Source: an uncultured Candidatus Rokubacteria bacterium
GTDB taxonomy: Bacteria > Methylomirabilota > Methylomirabilia > Rokubacteriales > DASRDR01
Length of the DNA: 51,457 nucleotides
NCBI GenBank assembly: GCA_963805625.1
Contig: CAWDVE010000007.1
Span: 1-51,457 of the forward strand
Direction: 5' to 3'
Below the pieces are notes generated by a model that ran no database searches, was not told the DNA's origin, and saw only the letters and a program-made list of their open reading frames with translations. The stretch's first letter is position 1; each line of letters opens with the position of its first letter. Position numbers and translations under genes: made by a program. This document shows positions 19,610 to 29,198 of this stretch, in pieces.

Positions 19610-20769
19610 ACCGACGCCGGCCCTCGAGGGCATTCGCCTGTGGGCGGCGCGCGCTGCCGGTCCTGGTCTTCCTCATGCTCGGGCTCGATGCCGGAGCCTC
19701 GCCGGGCGCCCGGATCCTGATCGCGGACGGGCGCGTGACAGGAGCTCCGCACCATGGCGCGCTGACCGCGCAGGCCGCGGCCCCCGGGGCGGGAGCCGCG
19801 ACCGGGGCGCGCTTGGGACGCATCCGGGTGGCGTATTTCCCGACACTCTACAATCTGCCGCTCTGCATCGCCCACGAGCTGGGCTTCTGGCGCGCCGCCG
19901 GGCTCGAGTCGGAGCTCGTTCCGGTGCGATCGGGCCCCCTGGTGCTCTCCGCCCTTGTGAGCGGGGGCGCGGACTACGCGGTGCCCAGCTTCGACAGTCT
20001 CGTCCAGCTGCAGGAGCGGAGCCGGCGAGACACCATCGCTATCGCGAGCGTGTTGACCCGGCTCACCATGAACGTGGTGCTGCACCGGGACGTCGCCGCG
20101 GCGCGCGGGGTCAGCAGGGCGAGCCCGCTGGCCGAGCGCTTCCGTGCACTTCGCGGCCTCACGCTCGGGGTCACCCAGCCCGGCGCGGTCAGCGACCTCT
20201 ACGCCCGCTACTTCCTGCGTCGCGCCGGGGCCGATCCGGAGCGCGATGCATCCCTGGTTGCCATCGGTGACGGCACCGCTCTCCTCGCGGCCCTCCGGAC
20301 CCGCCAGATCCAGGGGTACGTCCTCTCCGCGCCCACGCCTCAGATCGCGGAGCGCGAGGGATTCGGCACGATCCTGATCCGCCCCTCGCAGGGCGACGTG
20401 CCCGAGCTGACGGACTTCGCGGCCGTCGTCCTGGTGACCGGGCAGCAGCACGCCACGCGAAATCCCGAGCAGGTCTCGGCGTTCCTGGCCGGCCTGACGC
20501 GGGCCCGCCGAATGGTGGTGGAGGCGGCCAGGTCGGCCCCGGTGCGGGGCGTGGTTCAGAAGTACTTTCCTGGCATGACGGACGAGGTTCTCGCGATCTC
20601 GCTCGACGACATCCTTCCGGCCCTCTCTCCGGATGGGCGCCTGAGCGAGCCAATGATCCGTCGGACGCTGGAGGTGCTCGTGGATACGGGGCAGATTCCC
20701 GGGGCGTGGCGGAGCCGCTCCGCCGCCGAGGGGGATCTGTGGACGAATCGCTTCCAGCCCCCGCCGTGA
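19606..20769 (+). CDS. NMT1/SsuA-like ABC substrate-binding protein
   Basis: IAHELGFWRAAGLE, LGVTQPGAVSD, WTNRF. GTGA overlap with the permease. Confidence 0.85.
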   Translation: MNRRRPSRAFACGRRALPVLVFLMLGLDAGASPGARILIADGRVTGAPHHGALTAQAAAPGAGAATGARLGRIRVAYFPTLYNLPLCIAHELGFWRAAGLESELVPVRSGPLVLSALVSGGADYAVPSFDSLVQLQERSRRDTIAIASVLTRLTMNVVLHRDVAAARGVSRASPLAERFRALRGLTLGVTQPGAVSDLYARYFLRRAGADPERDASLVAIGDGTALLAALRTRQIQGYVLSAPTPQIAEREGFGTILIRPSQGDVPELTDFAAVVLVTGQQHATRNPEQVSAFLAGLTRARRMVVEAARSAPVRGVVQKYFPGMTDEVLAISLDDILPALSPDGRLSEPMIRRTLEVLVDTGQIPGAWRSRSAAEGDLWTNRFQPPP

Positions 20770-20909
20770 CCGGTCCGAGGGGGGCTCGCCTTCCGTAGAG
20801 GCGGCTCAGAGGCCCCAACCAGATTCGGAATCTGGAGCGCGTCACTCGCGGGTCACCGAATGGCCGAATGGCACTGTCCGGCTACCCCGCGCCAGGAGGA
20901 CCGAACGGG

Positions 20910-21099
20910 AATCGATCTGGTCCGGTGACGAGGCGGTGACAAACTCCGCGGAACTCACCCGCACTCAGATGACCAACCGTCACGCGGCTACATCGTAGAT
21001 TCGTTGAATTGGGGCGTCTGGGTGCTCCTGGATTCGATCCCGGAACCTTCTCTTATAATAATCAGTAGGTTGAAGGTTCGATTCCTTCACGGCTCACCA
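20910..21099 (+). repeat. Arm family C plus tRNA-Lys 3' half (att4, core 21050-21099)
   Basis: CGGTGAC repeat at 20923 and 20934. ctctTA-taa-TAatcag...ggctcacca followed by the D1 hairpin. Confidence 0.9.
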
Positions 21100-21240
21100 T
21101 TCGGGGCGGGGGGTCTTGGACCCCTCGCCCCTGGTACTTTCCGGCCTGTCGAGACCACACGTGCTCCACCTAAGGCTGATTGATATGATTTCCTTCAGCC
21201 GGAGCCGCAGGAGCCGCGGTCTTCAGGGAGGACGTCGAGC

Positions 21241-22404
21241 ATGATCACCAGGTTCGGAAGCCTATTCGCGGGGCACGTCGATCTGGACAATGAGGGGTTT
21301 GACGGAACGCCCGTTAACGATCGCTGGCTCTCCGACGACGACCTGACCACGGTGTTTCCCAAGAGCGAGGCTATCGCCCGACTGATGGACCGGACCGGCT
21401 ATGACACCTTCTGGCTGGCCGAGCACCACTTCCAGCGGGAAGGCTACGAGTGCATCCCCAACATTTTGATGCTGGCCCTTCACCTCTGCCACATCACCCG
21501 CACCATCAAGATCGGCTGTGGCTTCAACATCGCACCGATGTGGCATCCGCTCCGGCTGGCCGAGGATTAGGCCACCGTCGACTGGCTGACCAACGGTCGG
21601 GTCGTGTTCGGTGTCGGCCGTGGCTACCACACCCGCGAGGTGGAGACGTTCGGGGCGCCCATGCTCGACCAGGACGCCAACCGCGAGCTGTTCGAAGAAC
21701 AGGTGGAGCTGATCTTCAAGTCGTTCAACGAGCGCGCCTTCGCGCATCAGGGCAAGCACTACACCATCCCGCCCCCGGTGCCCTACCGGGGCTACGAGCT
21801 CCGGGAGATCACGCTGGTGCCGCGCCCGAAGACGCTGCCCGTCGAGTGCTGGCAGCCGGTGGTCAGCGCGAGCCCGCGGGCCCTGGATTTCATGGCCAAG
21901 CACGACATCCGAGGGATCATCGGCGGGGGCGCGGCGCCGGGTGGGGCGCAGGAGAAGGTCGTCCAGGCCTTCCGCGAGGCGCGGGCCCGGGCGGGGCGAG
22001 AGGGGGCGCTGGGCGCGGGCCTCTGCATCGGCTTCTCGTTCCATATCGCCGACAGCGTCGAGCAGGGCATCAAAGAGGCGACGCCGTTCTTCGAGGAGAA
22101 CATCAAGATGTTCGCGCCCCTCGGCTTCGTGCCCGGCCTCACGCCCGAGCAGATCGAGGCGGTGGCGGACCCGAAGCGCTGGCGTCAGGCCAACCTGCCC
22201 ACCTTGCGTCACGCGATCAAGGCCGGCACGTGGCTGATCGGCCCCCCCGAGGAGATCACCGAGCGGTTGATGGAGCTCCAGCACAAGTATCCGGGCCTCG
22301 AGGTCGTCAACGTTGGCCAGCCCGTGGGCACGCCCCAGGCCGTGATCCTGGAGCAGCTCGAGCGCTTCTCGGTGCAGGTGATGCCCGCCTTCAAGCGCAA
22401 GTAG
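21241..22404 (+). pseudogene. LLM-class flavin-dependent oxidoreductase with in-frame TAG (21568-21570)
   Basis: WLAEHHFQ, HPLRLAED*ATVD, FGVGRGYH. The frame continues past the stop. Confidence 0.85.
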
Positions 22405-22485
22405 TCGGACCGTGGACAGCGGTGAGGGCCACCCACGCACGGCCCAGGAGGACATTGGCGGTTCCCGTCCGGCCCGAGGCCGCGA

Positions 22486-22664
22486 TTCTGGTTCCAGGAT
22501 GGTTCCAACTCACCCGGATGTACGACGACGTACGAGAGGGAACGCTCAAGGTGTGTTCTCGACCTGACGGACGGATGGGGGCTGGTGAGTGGCGGTGCGT
22601 GGCCTCCGACGTGGACTCTTAATTAATCAGTAGGTTGAAGGTTCGATTCCTTCACGGCTCACCA
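22486..22664 (+). repeat. Arm B-related plus tRNA-Lys 3' half (att5, core 22616-22664)
   Basis: TGGTTCCA repeat at 22489 and 22500. ctcTTAA-TTAAtcag... followed by the D1 hairpin. Confidence 0.9.
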
Positions 22665-22931
22665 CTCGGGGCGAGGGGGCCAAGACCCCTCGCCCTTCTG
22701 AATCTTCGGTCTCCTTACCGGTCGCGCCTGGACTTCCTGCCTGGGTTGGCTTCGAGGTCTTGGTGCCAGATTCTGGTTCCAGATCAGCCCCGGAGCAGAC
22801 GTACCGTTCACGGTCCGTCGTCCATTCTGGCTGGCGGTGTTCCTCCGGCGGGGGGGACTGGTCAACATTCACGGACGTCCGACTCCGCCCACCGAGCGCC
22901 TGACGCGGAGGTAGGACGCGCGACGAGCGGG

Positions 22932-23609
22932 TCAGCCCGGCGCCCGTCCGGCCGGCGCCACTGCGTCCGCTCCGGCGCCCGCGCCGACCACGACGCCGAT
23001 GACGCTGCCGATGATCGCGCCGGCCACGACGTCGCTGAACCAGTGGAACGTGATGGACACTCCGGCCGCCATGAAGGCCGCGTAGGCCGCCGTGACCCAC
23101 GCGACGCCGCGGTTCCCGCGGTAGAGCAGCGCCAGCGCGACTGCGCCCGCGAAGGCCGTCATCACGTGCGACGACGGCCAGCCCCAGAACACACCTCCGC
23201 GCAGGAACCCGAAGCGGAACACCCGGCTCACGTCGTCGAACGCGCCGTCGTGGACCGATGTCGGGCCCGGCCGCCCGGTGAGCGCCTTGTACGCCGCGCA
23301 GATCCCGACGGCGAGCACCTCGCTCTCGGCGACGCGCCACGCGCTCGTCGTCAGCCGCCCGTCGCGACGAAGCCAGCCAACCGCCAGCATCGCAAGTGGT
23401 GCCGCAACCGGCGTCCAGAAGCCGATCCGGCCCGCCAAGAACGCGAGCGTCCGGATCTCGGTCCCCTGCGCGGTCGCCGCGACCCAGCCGTCGACACCGG
23501 ACGTCACGAAGACGACCGTCAGTCCGATCGCCAGTAGGTGCCACGGCAGGCGCCGTTGCGCGAACACGCGCGCCAGGTCGCGTGCCAGCCTCCGGAGCGG
23601 GCCCGTCAC
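22932..23609 (-). CDS. PAP2-family membrane phosphatase
   Basis: KALTGRPGP, WPSSH, HWFSDVVAG motifs. Confidence 0.85.
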   Translation of the reverse strand: MTGPLRRLARDLARVFAQRRLPWHLLAIGLTVVFVTSGVDGWVAATAQGTEIRTLAFLAGRIGFWTPVAAPLAMLAVGWLRRDGRLTTSAWRVAESEVLAVGICAAYKALTGRPGPTSVHDGAFDDVSRVFRFGFLRGGVFWGWPSSHVMTAFAGAVALALLYRGNRGVAWVTAAYAAFMAAGVSITFHWFSDVVAGAIIGSVIGVVVGAGAGADAVAPAGRAPG

Positions 23610-23895
23610 CGGTCCATCGTCTCACCCTCGGAGACGGCGTGCCAGTCGGCCCGATGGTTTCCCCCCGTGAAGCCGTCGAGGGTCCGGCATCGGTCTGGCG
23701 GCCCTGCTCGGCGAGCTCGACCATGGCGCGGCGGCCGGACCCGGGCCAACCATCGGTCAGCCTTCCCGGGGAGCGTTCCGCCTGGCCCGGCGAAGACGTG
23801 GGTGTGGCCGTCAGGAAGCCGACGCGTGGCTGGGTCCATGAGCACGTTCCGAACGTCGACGCAATGGCACGCCCCGCCGGCGTGCACGCGCACGA

Positions 23896-24795
23896 TCAAG
23901 TGATACGGCTGGACTCTCCAGCGAGATTCGCTGCCGGAGCGTGGCGTGGAGCCCGTGCCTCGGCGGTCTGCACCACAGTGAGCACCAGCGCCGCCACTGC
24001 CAGTCCGGCCAGCGCGTCCACTGCGTAGTGAAACTGCCCGTAGACCGTGGCGAGGATCAGGCCGGTGGTGAAGGGGAGGAGCGTCAAACCGAACCGGCGC
24101 CAGTGCCGCAGGGCCATGCCGGTGGCCACGACCGCCGCTGCGACGTGTGATGAGGGGAAGGCGGCGCCCCACGAGTCGCCGTGATCGAGGAGCCATGCGG
24201 CGAGACGCGCCGGCCACACCTCGGTTGCGGCGTTGTGCGCCATGTCGAAGGCGTAGCGTGGGCCGGCGACCGGGAAGAACAGGAATGCTGCGTAGCAAAG
24301 GTAGAACGTCATCATGATCGCGAGGATGGTGTGGCGTGACGCATCGCGGCGACCGGCAAGCCACAGGCCGAGCGGCGACCCGTAAAGGATTGGGTAGTAG
24401 GCGAGGTAGCAGGTGTGCAGGACCCATGACAGGAGGCGGTGCGGCTGCTCGCGGATCCAGCGGTAGGAGACCTGCGAGCCGAATATCGAGGCCTCGAGCT
24501 GCTGGATCGACGGCTCATTCCGGAATCCGGCGCCGACCGTGAGCACGTGGACCTCTCCGTACAGCCCGGCGAGCAGTAGAAGCGGGTACCAGTCGCCGAA
24601 GAAGCGGCCGATCGGGCCGGCCGCGCGCGCCCGCGGTGCCAGTATCACCAGCGCGACGAGCAATGTGTGGACCGCGAGCAGCGCAGCGCGTCCCGCAATG
24701 GTCTCGCCCGGGAACGGGTGCAATACCGCGATGGTGGCGAGCCCTACGTAAGCGAGCGTGGCAAGGTCGATGGCGGTCAAGCGACTCCCGCTCAC
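23896..24795 (-). CDS. PAP2/AUR1 (inositol-phosphorylceramide-synthase-like) membrane protein
   Basis: FPVAGPRY, AAFPSSHVA, YGQFHYAVDALAG. Multiple TM segments. GTGA overlap. Confidence 0.75.
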   Translation of the reverse strand: MSGSRLTAIDLATLAYVGLATIAVLHPFPGETIAGRAALLAVHTLLVALVILAPRARAAGPIGRFFGDWYPLLLLAGLYGEVHVLTVGAGFRNEPSIQQLEASIFGSQVSYRWIREQPHRLLSWVLHTCYLAYYPILYGSPLGLWLAGRRDASRHTILAIMMTFYLCYAAFLFFPVAGPRYAFDMAHNAATEVWPARLAAWLLDHGDSWGAAFPSSHVAAAVVATGMALRHWRRFGLTLLPFTTGLILATVYGQFHYAVDALAGLAVAALVLTVVQTAEARAPRHAPAANLAGESSRIT

Positions 24796-25760
24796 AGCCA
24801 GCCCATCTTCTGGTACCACACCGCGGTGCGGCGAAGCCCCAGCTCGAGGTCGATCTCGGCCCGCCATCCTGTGTCGCGCGTCAGGGCGTTCCCTCGGCAG
24901 GTCCAGGCCGGTGCCAGATACTCCTCCGCCTTGTCGGCTGAGAGCAGGGTAGCGCGGCCGGCGAGATGCGCCAGCGAGCCAACCGTCCACAGCACGGCGC
25001 GCGCCACGAGCGCCGGGACGGGCACAATGCGGGGCGTGGTCCCGAGCGCCCGGGCACAGGCGCGTACCATGTCGAGGCTCGTCGTAGGGGCGGGATGGGT
25101 CGCAAAGTATAGGCGGCTCTGCGCCGCTGGGCTGTTGGCCGCTGCGACGAGCGCATGCGCGAGGTCCTCAGCGTGAATGACCGACAGCTCTTGCGACCCG
25201 TCGCCGAACACGAGTGCCACCCCGCGCTTGACGAGCCGAAAGATCTTGAGCGTAGCACGGTCCCATTCGCCGTACACCACCGGCGGACGGACGATGGTCC
25301 ACGGCAGAGATACCGCTCGGACCAGCGCTTCGGCCGCGAGCTTGGAACGACCGTAGTCGGTGACCGGGGTGGGGGTCCGGCTTTCGTCGATCGGTTGGCC
25401 CCGGACAGTCGGCCCGGCGGCCGCGAGCGAGGAGACGAGCACGAAGCGCCGCGCGCCCTGTTCCTGGGCCGCCGCGAGTACGTTCGCCGTCCCGTCGCGG
25501 TTGGTGGCCATGAATTCACTGGGGGCGCGCGCCACGATCTGACTCGCCAGGTGATAAACAACATCCGCGCCGGCGCCTCCCTCGCGCAGAGCCGCGAGGT
25601 CATCGAGATCACCGCGTACGAGCCGCACGCCGGTCCAGCCGAGCCGCTCTGCGAGTTCGGGTCGGCGCACTAGACAAGTCACCCGGTCACCGCGGGCCTG
25701 CAGCACCTTGACCAGATGAGCCCCGACGAAGCCGGTGCCCCCGGTCACGAAGACGTTCAC
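24792..25760 (-). CDS. NAD-dependent epimerase/reductase (extended SDR; candidate ceramide/3-ketosphinganine reductase)
   Basis: VTGGTGFVG, SSLAA, YGRSK, RPPVVYG. Confidence 0.85.
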   Translation of the reverse strand: MNVFVTGGTGFVGAHLVKVLQARGDRVTCLVRRPELAERLGWTGVRLVRGDLDDLAALREGGAGADVVYHLASQIVARAPSEFMATNRDGTANVLAAAQEQGARRFVLVSSLAAAGPTVRGQPIDESRTPTPVTDYGRSKLAAEALVRAVSLPWTIVRPPVVYGEWDRATLKIFRLVKRGVALVFGDGSQELSVIHAEDLAHALVAAANSPAAQSRLYFATHPAPTTSLDMVRACARALGTTPRIVPVPALVARAVLWTVGSLAHLAGRATLLSADKAEEYLAPAWTCRGNALTRDTGWRAEIDLELGLRRTAVWYQKMGWL

Positions 25761-26872
25761 AGCGCTTTGTCGTAGACGCGGTAGGTCTTGTAGCGTCGGA
25801 AACCGAGCCGCACGATGGCGTTGTTCATCAGCCGGTTGTCCTCGAGGATCCACCCCGCCTCGCCCCACCGGTATCCGCGGGCGATGGCTTTGGTCCAGAT
25901 CCAGTGGTACATCAGGGTGTCCACGCCGGTGTAGCGGTACTCCCTGAGGGCGCCCAGCAGGAGGATGCGGAGGCGTGAGACCTTGCGGGCATGCCAGAGA
26001 ACCCTGAGGATGCCGGGAAAGAGGCGGCCGGAGGGGTTGTAGCGCAGCGCCTGGTTCAGGTCGGGGAGCGCAACGGCGAAACCGATCGCCTTGGCAGCAC
26101 GCTCGGCGAAGCACACGAGATCGGGCACGATGAGAGGCTTCAGCTGCTGTGCCAGGTGTTCGATCTCCGCGTGGGTCATCGGCACGAAGCCCCAGTTCTT
26201 CTCCCATGCCGCGTTGTAGAGTCCCTTTAGCATTTCCACCTCTGCTGCGAAGCGCGACATGTCGAGGGCACGGAGGGTGATGCCTTGACGCTGCTCAACC
26301 AGTTGCACGGCGCGAGTGATGCGCTCGGGAGGCATGGTGGCGGGGCTCTCGTACGCCCACAGGTCCTTCGCCTTCACGAAGCCGTAGCGGTCATGCAGCA
26401 CGGTGTAGTAGGGCGGGTTATGCGGCGTCATGAGCGTGGCCGGTGTCTGGAACCCGTCGACGAGCAGGCCGCACTCGTCGTTGATGGAGGGGCTCATCGG
26501 CCCGCGCAGTGTGTCGCATCCACGGGCGCGGAGCCAGGCGGCGGCGGCGCCGAAGAGCGCGTTCGCGACGCGCTGGTCGTCCACCGATTCGAAGAAGCCG
26601 TAGAACCCGACCCGATCGCCATGTTCGCGGTTGTGGGCGTCGTTCTTGATGGCCGCAATCCGTCCAACCGTCCGCCCGTTCGATCGCCCAACAAAGCACT
26701 GGGCTGTCGCGTGTCGGAAGAAAGGGTTCTTCGCGGGGGACAGGCGCGTGCGGACTTCCATCCTCAGCGGAGGTATCCACAGGGGATCGTGGCGGTAGTG
26801 CTCGTAGGGAAAGGCGATGAACCGATCGTGATCGCGCCCGCCCACGACTGGCAGGATCTCTACCGCGCTCAG
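25757..26872 (-). CDS. GNAT N-acyltransferase (bacterial ceramide synthase bCerS-like)
   Basis: FIAFPYEHYRHDPLWIPPL, VGRIAAI, GFFES, RGPMSPSINDECGLLVDGF, WILEDN, YKTYRVY. Start is CTG at the overlap or GTG 26845. Confidence 0.8.
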   Translation of the reverse strand: MSAVEILPVVGGRDHDRFIAFPYEHYRHDPLWIPPLRMEVRTRLSPAKNPFFRHATAQCFVGRSNGRTVGRIAAIKNDAHNREHGDRVGFYGFFESVDDQRVANALFGAAAAWLRARGCDTLRGPMSPSINDECGLLVDGFQTPATLMTPHNPPYYTVLHDRYGFVKAKDLWAYESPATMPPERITRAVQLVEQRQGITLRALDMSRFAAEVEMLKGLYNAAWEKNWGFVPMTHAEIEHLAQQLKPLIVPDLVCFAERAAKAIGFAVALPDLNQALRYNPSGRLFPGILRVLWHARKVSRLRILLLGALREYRYTGVDTLMYHWIWTKAIARGYRWGEAGWILEDNRLMNNAIVRLGFRRYKTYRVYDKAL

Positions 26873-28050
26873 ATGATCCCCAGCATCTTCCCAATCCGCG
26901 CGAAGCCTTCCAAGGCGAGATCGATCTGCTCTGGTGTGTGAGTGGCCATCAGGCTAGTCCGGAGCCGGCACCGCGATGGGGACACCGCGGGCGGCACTAT
27001 CGGGTTGGTGAAGACGCCGGCATCGAAGAGGTGGCGCCAGAACAGGAAAGTCTTGGCGAGCGGTCCAACCAGCACCGGAACGATCGGCGTTTCCGTCGGG
27101 CCGATGTCGAAGCCGAGGGACCGGAGCCCCTCCTGCAGCCGACGGGTGTTCTCCCAGAGATGCTTCCGCCGGTCCGGCTCTCGCTGCATGACGTGCAGGG
27201 CGGCCAGCACGCCCGCCGTGTTCGCCGGGGGGAGAGCAGCGGTAAAGATCATCGGGCGCGCGTGGTGCCGCAGGAAGTGAATCACGGGCTCGGTGCCCGC
27301 CACGAAACCGCCGATCGAGGCCAGCGACTTCGAGAACGTTCCGACGATCAGGTCCACCTCGTCCACTACGCCGAAATGGGCAGCGGTGCCGTCGCCCCTG
27401 GGACCTAGCACGCCTACCGAATGGGCGTCGTCGACCGCCAGCGCGGCGCCGTACTTGCGGGCGATGCGGACCAGCCCAGGCAGGTCGGCGATGTCGCCTT
27501 CCATCGAGTAGATGCCGTCCACGACGATCAGCGTGCCGGTGTGCTTGGAGACCTTCCGGAGCTTGCGTTCGAGTGCAGCCAGGTCGCCGTGGTTGAAGCG
27601 CACCATCTCCCCGTCCGACATCCTCGCGCCGTCCACGAGCGAGGCGTGGTCGAGTTTGTCGAGAAAGACGACGTCGCCCCGACCCACGAGCCCCGAAATC
27701 AGACCCAGGTTCGCCTGGTATCCGGTCGAGAACGCGAGGCACGCTTCCTTGCCGAAGAACACCGCCAGTTCGCCCTCGAGTTGCTCGTGCAGCTCCAGCG
27801 TGCCGTTCAGGAACCGGCTGCCCGTGCACCCCGAACCGTACCGCTCGAGCGCGGCTTTCGCCGCCGCAAGGACTTCCGGATGGTGCGTGAGCCCCAGATA
27901 GTTGTTGGAGCCCATCATGAGCCGCTGCTTTCCTTCGATGACGACGACGGTGTCCTCGGAATCGGAGAGCGGCTTGAAATACGGGTACAGCCCCGCCGCT
28001 TGGAACTCACGCGCGCGGGTGAAGGACCTGCACTTGTCGAACAGCACCAT
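26869..28050 (-). CDS. spt: Serine palmitoyltransferase (alpha-oxoamine synthase family)
   Basis: GLYPYFK, MGSNNYLGLT, GCTGSRFLNGTL, DDAHS, GTFSKSLASIGGF. Resembles Bacteroidota-type SPT, and the operon context agrees. Confidence 0.8.
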   Translation of the reverse strand: MVLFDKCRSFTRAREFQAAGLYPYFKPLSDSEDTVVVIEGKQRLMMGSNNYLGLTHHPEVLAAAKAALERYGSGCTGSRFLNGTLELHEQLEGELAVFFGKEACLAFSTGYQANLGLISGLVGRGDVVFLDKLDHASLVDGARMSDGEMVRFNHGDLAALERKLRKVSKHTGTLIVVDGIYSMEGDIADLPGLVRIARKYGAALAVDDAHSVGVLGPRGDGTAAHFGVVDEVDLIVGTFSKSLASIGGFVAGTEPVIHFLRHHARPMIFTAALPPANTAGVLAALHVMQREPDRRKHLWENTRRLQEGLRSLGFDIGPTETPIVPVLVGPLAKTFLFWRHLFDAGVFTNPIVPPAVSPSRCRLRTSLMATHTPEQIDLALEGFARIGKMLGII

Positions 28051-28280
28051 GTGCTGCAGCGTCTCAGGCCACACGACGCCTCGCGACCTGTGGGACAACC
28101 TAGCCCGATAGCCCTAAATTGGCAAGGGCGGCACATCCAGTCCGGACTTCGGGGACCCAAGGCTGACCCGAACGTTCCGGCGGCCTCTGGGGCGGACGAC
28201 CCAAGGACCTTGGGGGACCTGGATGGCCCCTCCGCGGCGGCCACCCAGGTTGCGGCACCACAGCCGGCAGCCCCGCGTGA

Positions 28281-28550
28281 ATCGCCATTCTGGAAGCCCC
28301 CAGCGCGCCCAAGCGCATCAACCATGGCATGTTCGAATGCGACTCACTGGACGACGTCGGGTCCGGCCGCGACCTCTGCCTCCAGCTGTATGGCCAACCC
28401 TCCAAGTTCGCCCTCGAATAGGGTTGGGGCGGCCGCACCATCGACGACACGACCTACCCGGTCGAGCACTACACCGCCGTCGACGACAGCCTCTGGGGCC
28501 ATCCCCAGCTCCGCGACCTGGTTGCGGGCAAGCGCCCGGGAGAGAAGTAG
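28281..28550 (+). pseudogene. Degenerate copy of the 3' third of the extradiol dioxygenase (1007-1333)
   Basis: Clear DNA similarity with an internal deletion, frameshifts and a TAG in EYGWG. Confidence 0.9.
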
Positions 28551-28605
28551 ACCGTCCATGAGCCGTGCGCTCCCCGAGCTTACGTGCCGGCCTGCTGAGA
28601 TCGAG

Positions 28606-28849
28606 TGAACCCATTCGCTGGGCACGGTCTCGTGGGTGAAACGACTCGTAGGGTACGTATGGCGTCGGAGACTGGTTCCAGGCCGGTTCCAACTCACGCG
28701 AAGGCACCGTGAGGCGAGAGCGGGTCGCCTCACGGCGCTTCTTTGATCTGACGTGGTGATAGCTGCGGATGACGTGTGGTGCGTCGCGGCCGGTTGGGAC
28801 TCTTATTCTAATCAGTAGGTTGAAGGTTCGATTCCTTCACGGCTCACCA
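28606..28849 (+). repeat. Arm B plus tRNA-Lys 3' half (att6, core 28800-28849)
   Basis: Near-identical to 1346-1546. ctctTA-ttc-TAatcag...cca followed by hairpin D2. Confidence 0.92.
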
Positions 28850-28890
28850 CTCGATCGGGGGGCGGCGACGCCCCCCGATTCGTCTTTCGG

Positions 28891-28997
28891 GCCGGTTCCC
28901 GCTCCCGCGACGATCAGGAGCGGCCCCTGATCGTGGGTGACCGCCTCGGTCCGGGTCGGGTTCAGCCCCTCAAGGATTCCGGCCGCCAGGTCGTCCG
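28891..28997 (-). pseudogene. UvrD/PcrA helicase N-terminal fragment
   Basis: ILEGLNPTRTEAVTHDQGPLLIVAGAGTG, broken inside Walker A. Confidence 0.7.
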
Positions 28998-29198
28998 GCG
29001 GGCTAGGTCGAGTGGTCGCGCCAGGCGTCTCAGGGCAGGACACGCTCGAACTTAGCGCCCGCCGCCGCCCCGGATAAGGGAAGGCGCCACTCCAGTCGAG
29101 CGCTCGGCCTTCGTCCATGGCCCGGACCAACGGCTCACGCTCGTGTGCCCGCCGCTCAAGGTCCCGTGGGCGAGCCAGGAGTGACGATGACCGGGGGG

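Noticed and set aside
21568-21570. Amber recoding (pyrrolysine)
   Set aside because: There are no pyl genes, the position expects Tyr, TAG is used as a normal stop elsewhere, and the region is full of pseudogenes.
26869-28050. bioF (8-amino-7-oxononanoate synthase) call
   Set aside because: There are no biotin genes nearby. The YPYF/GSRFLNGT/GTFSKS motifs and the GNAT-SDR context favour SPT, though this is unproven.
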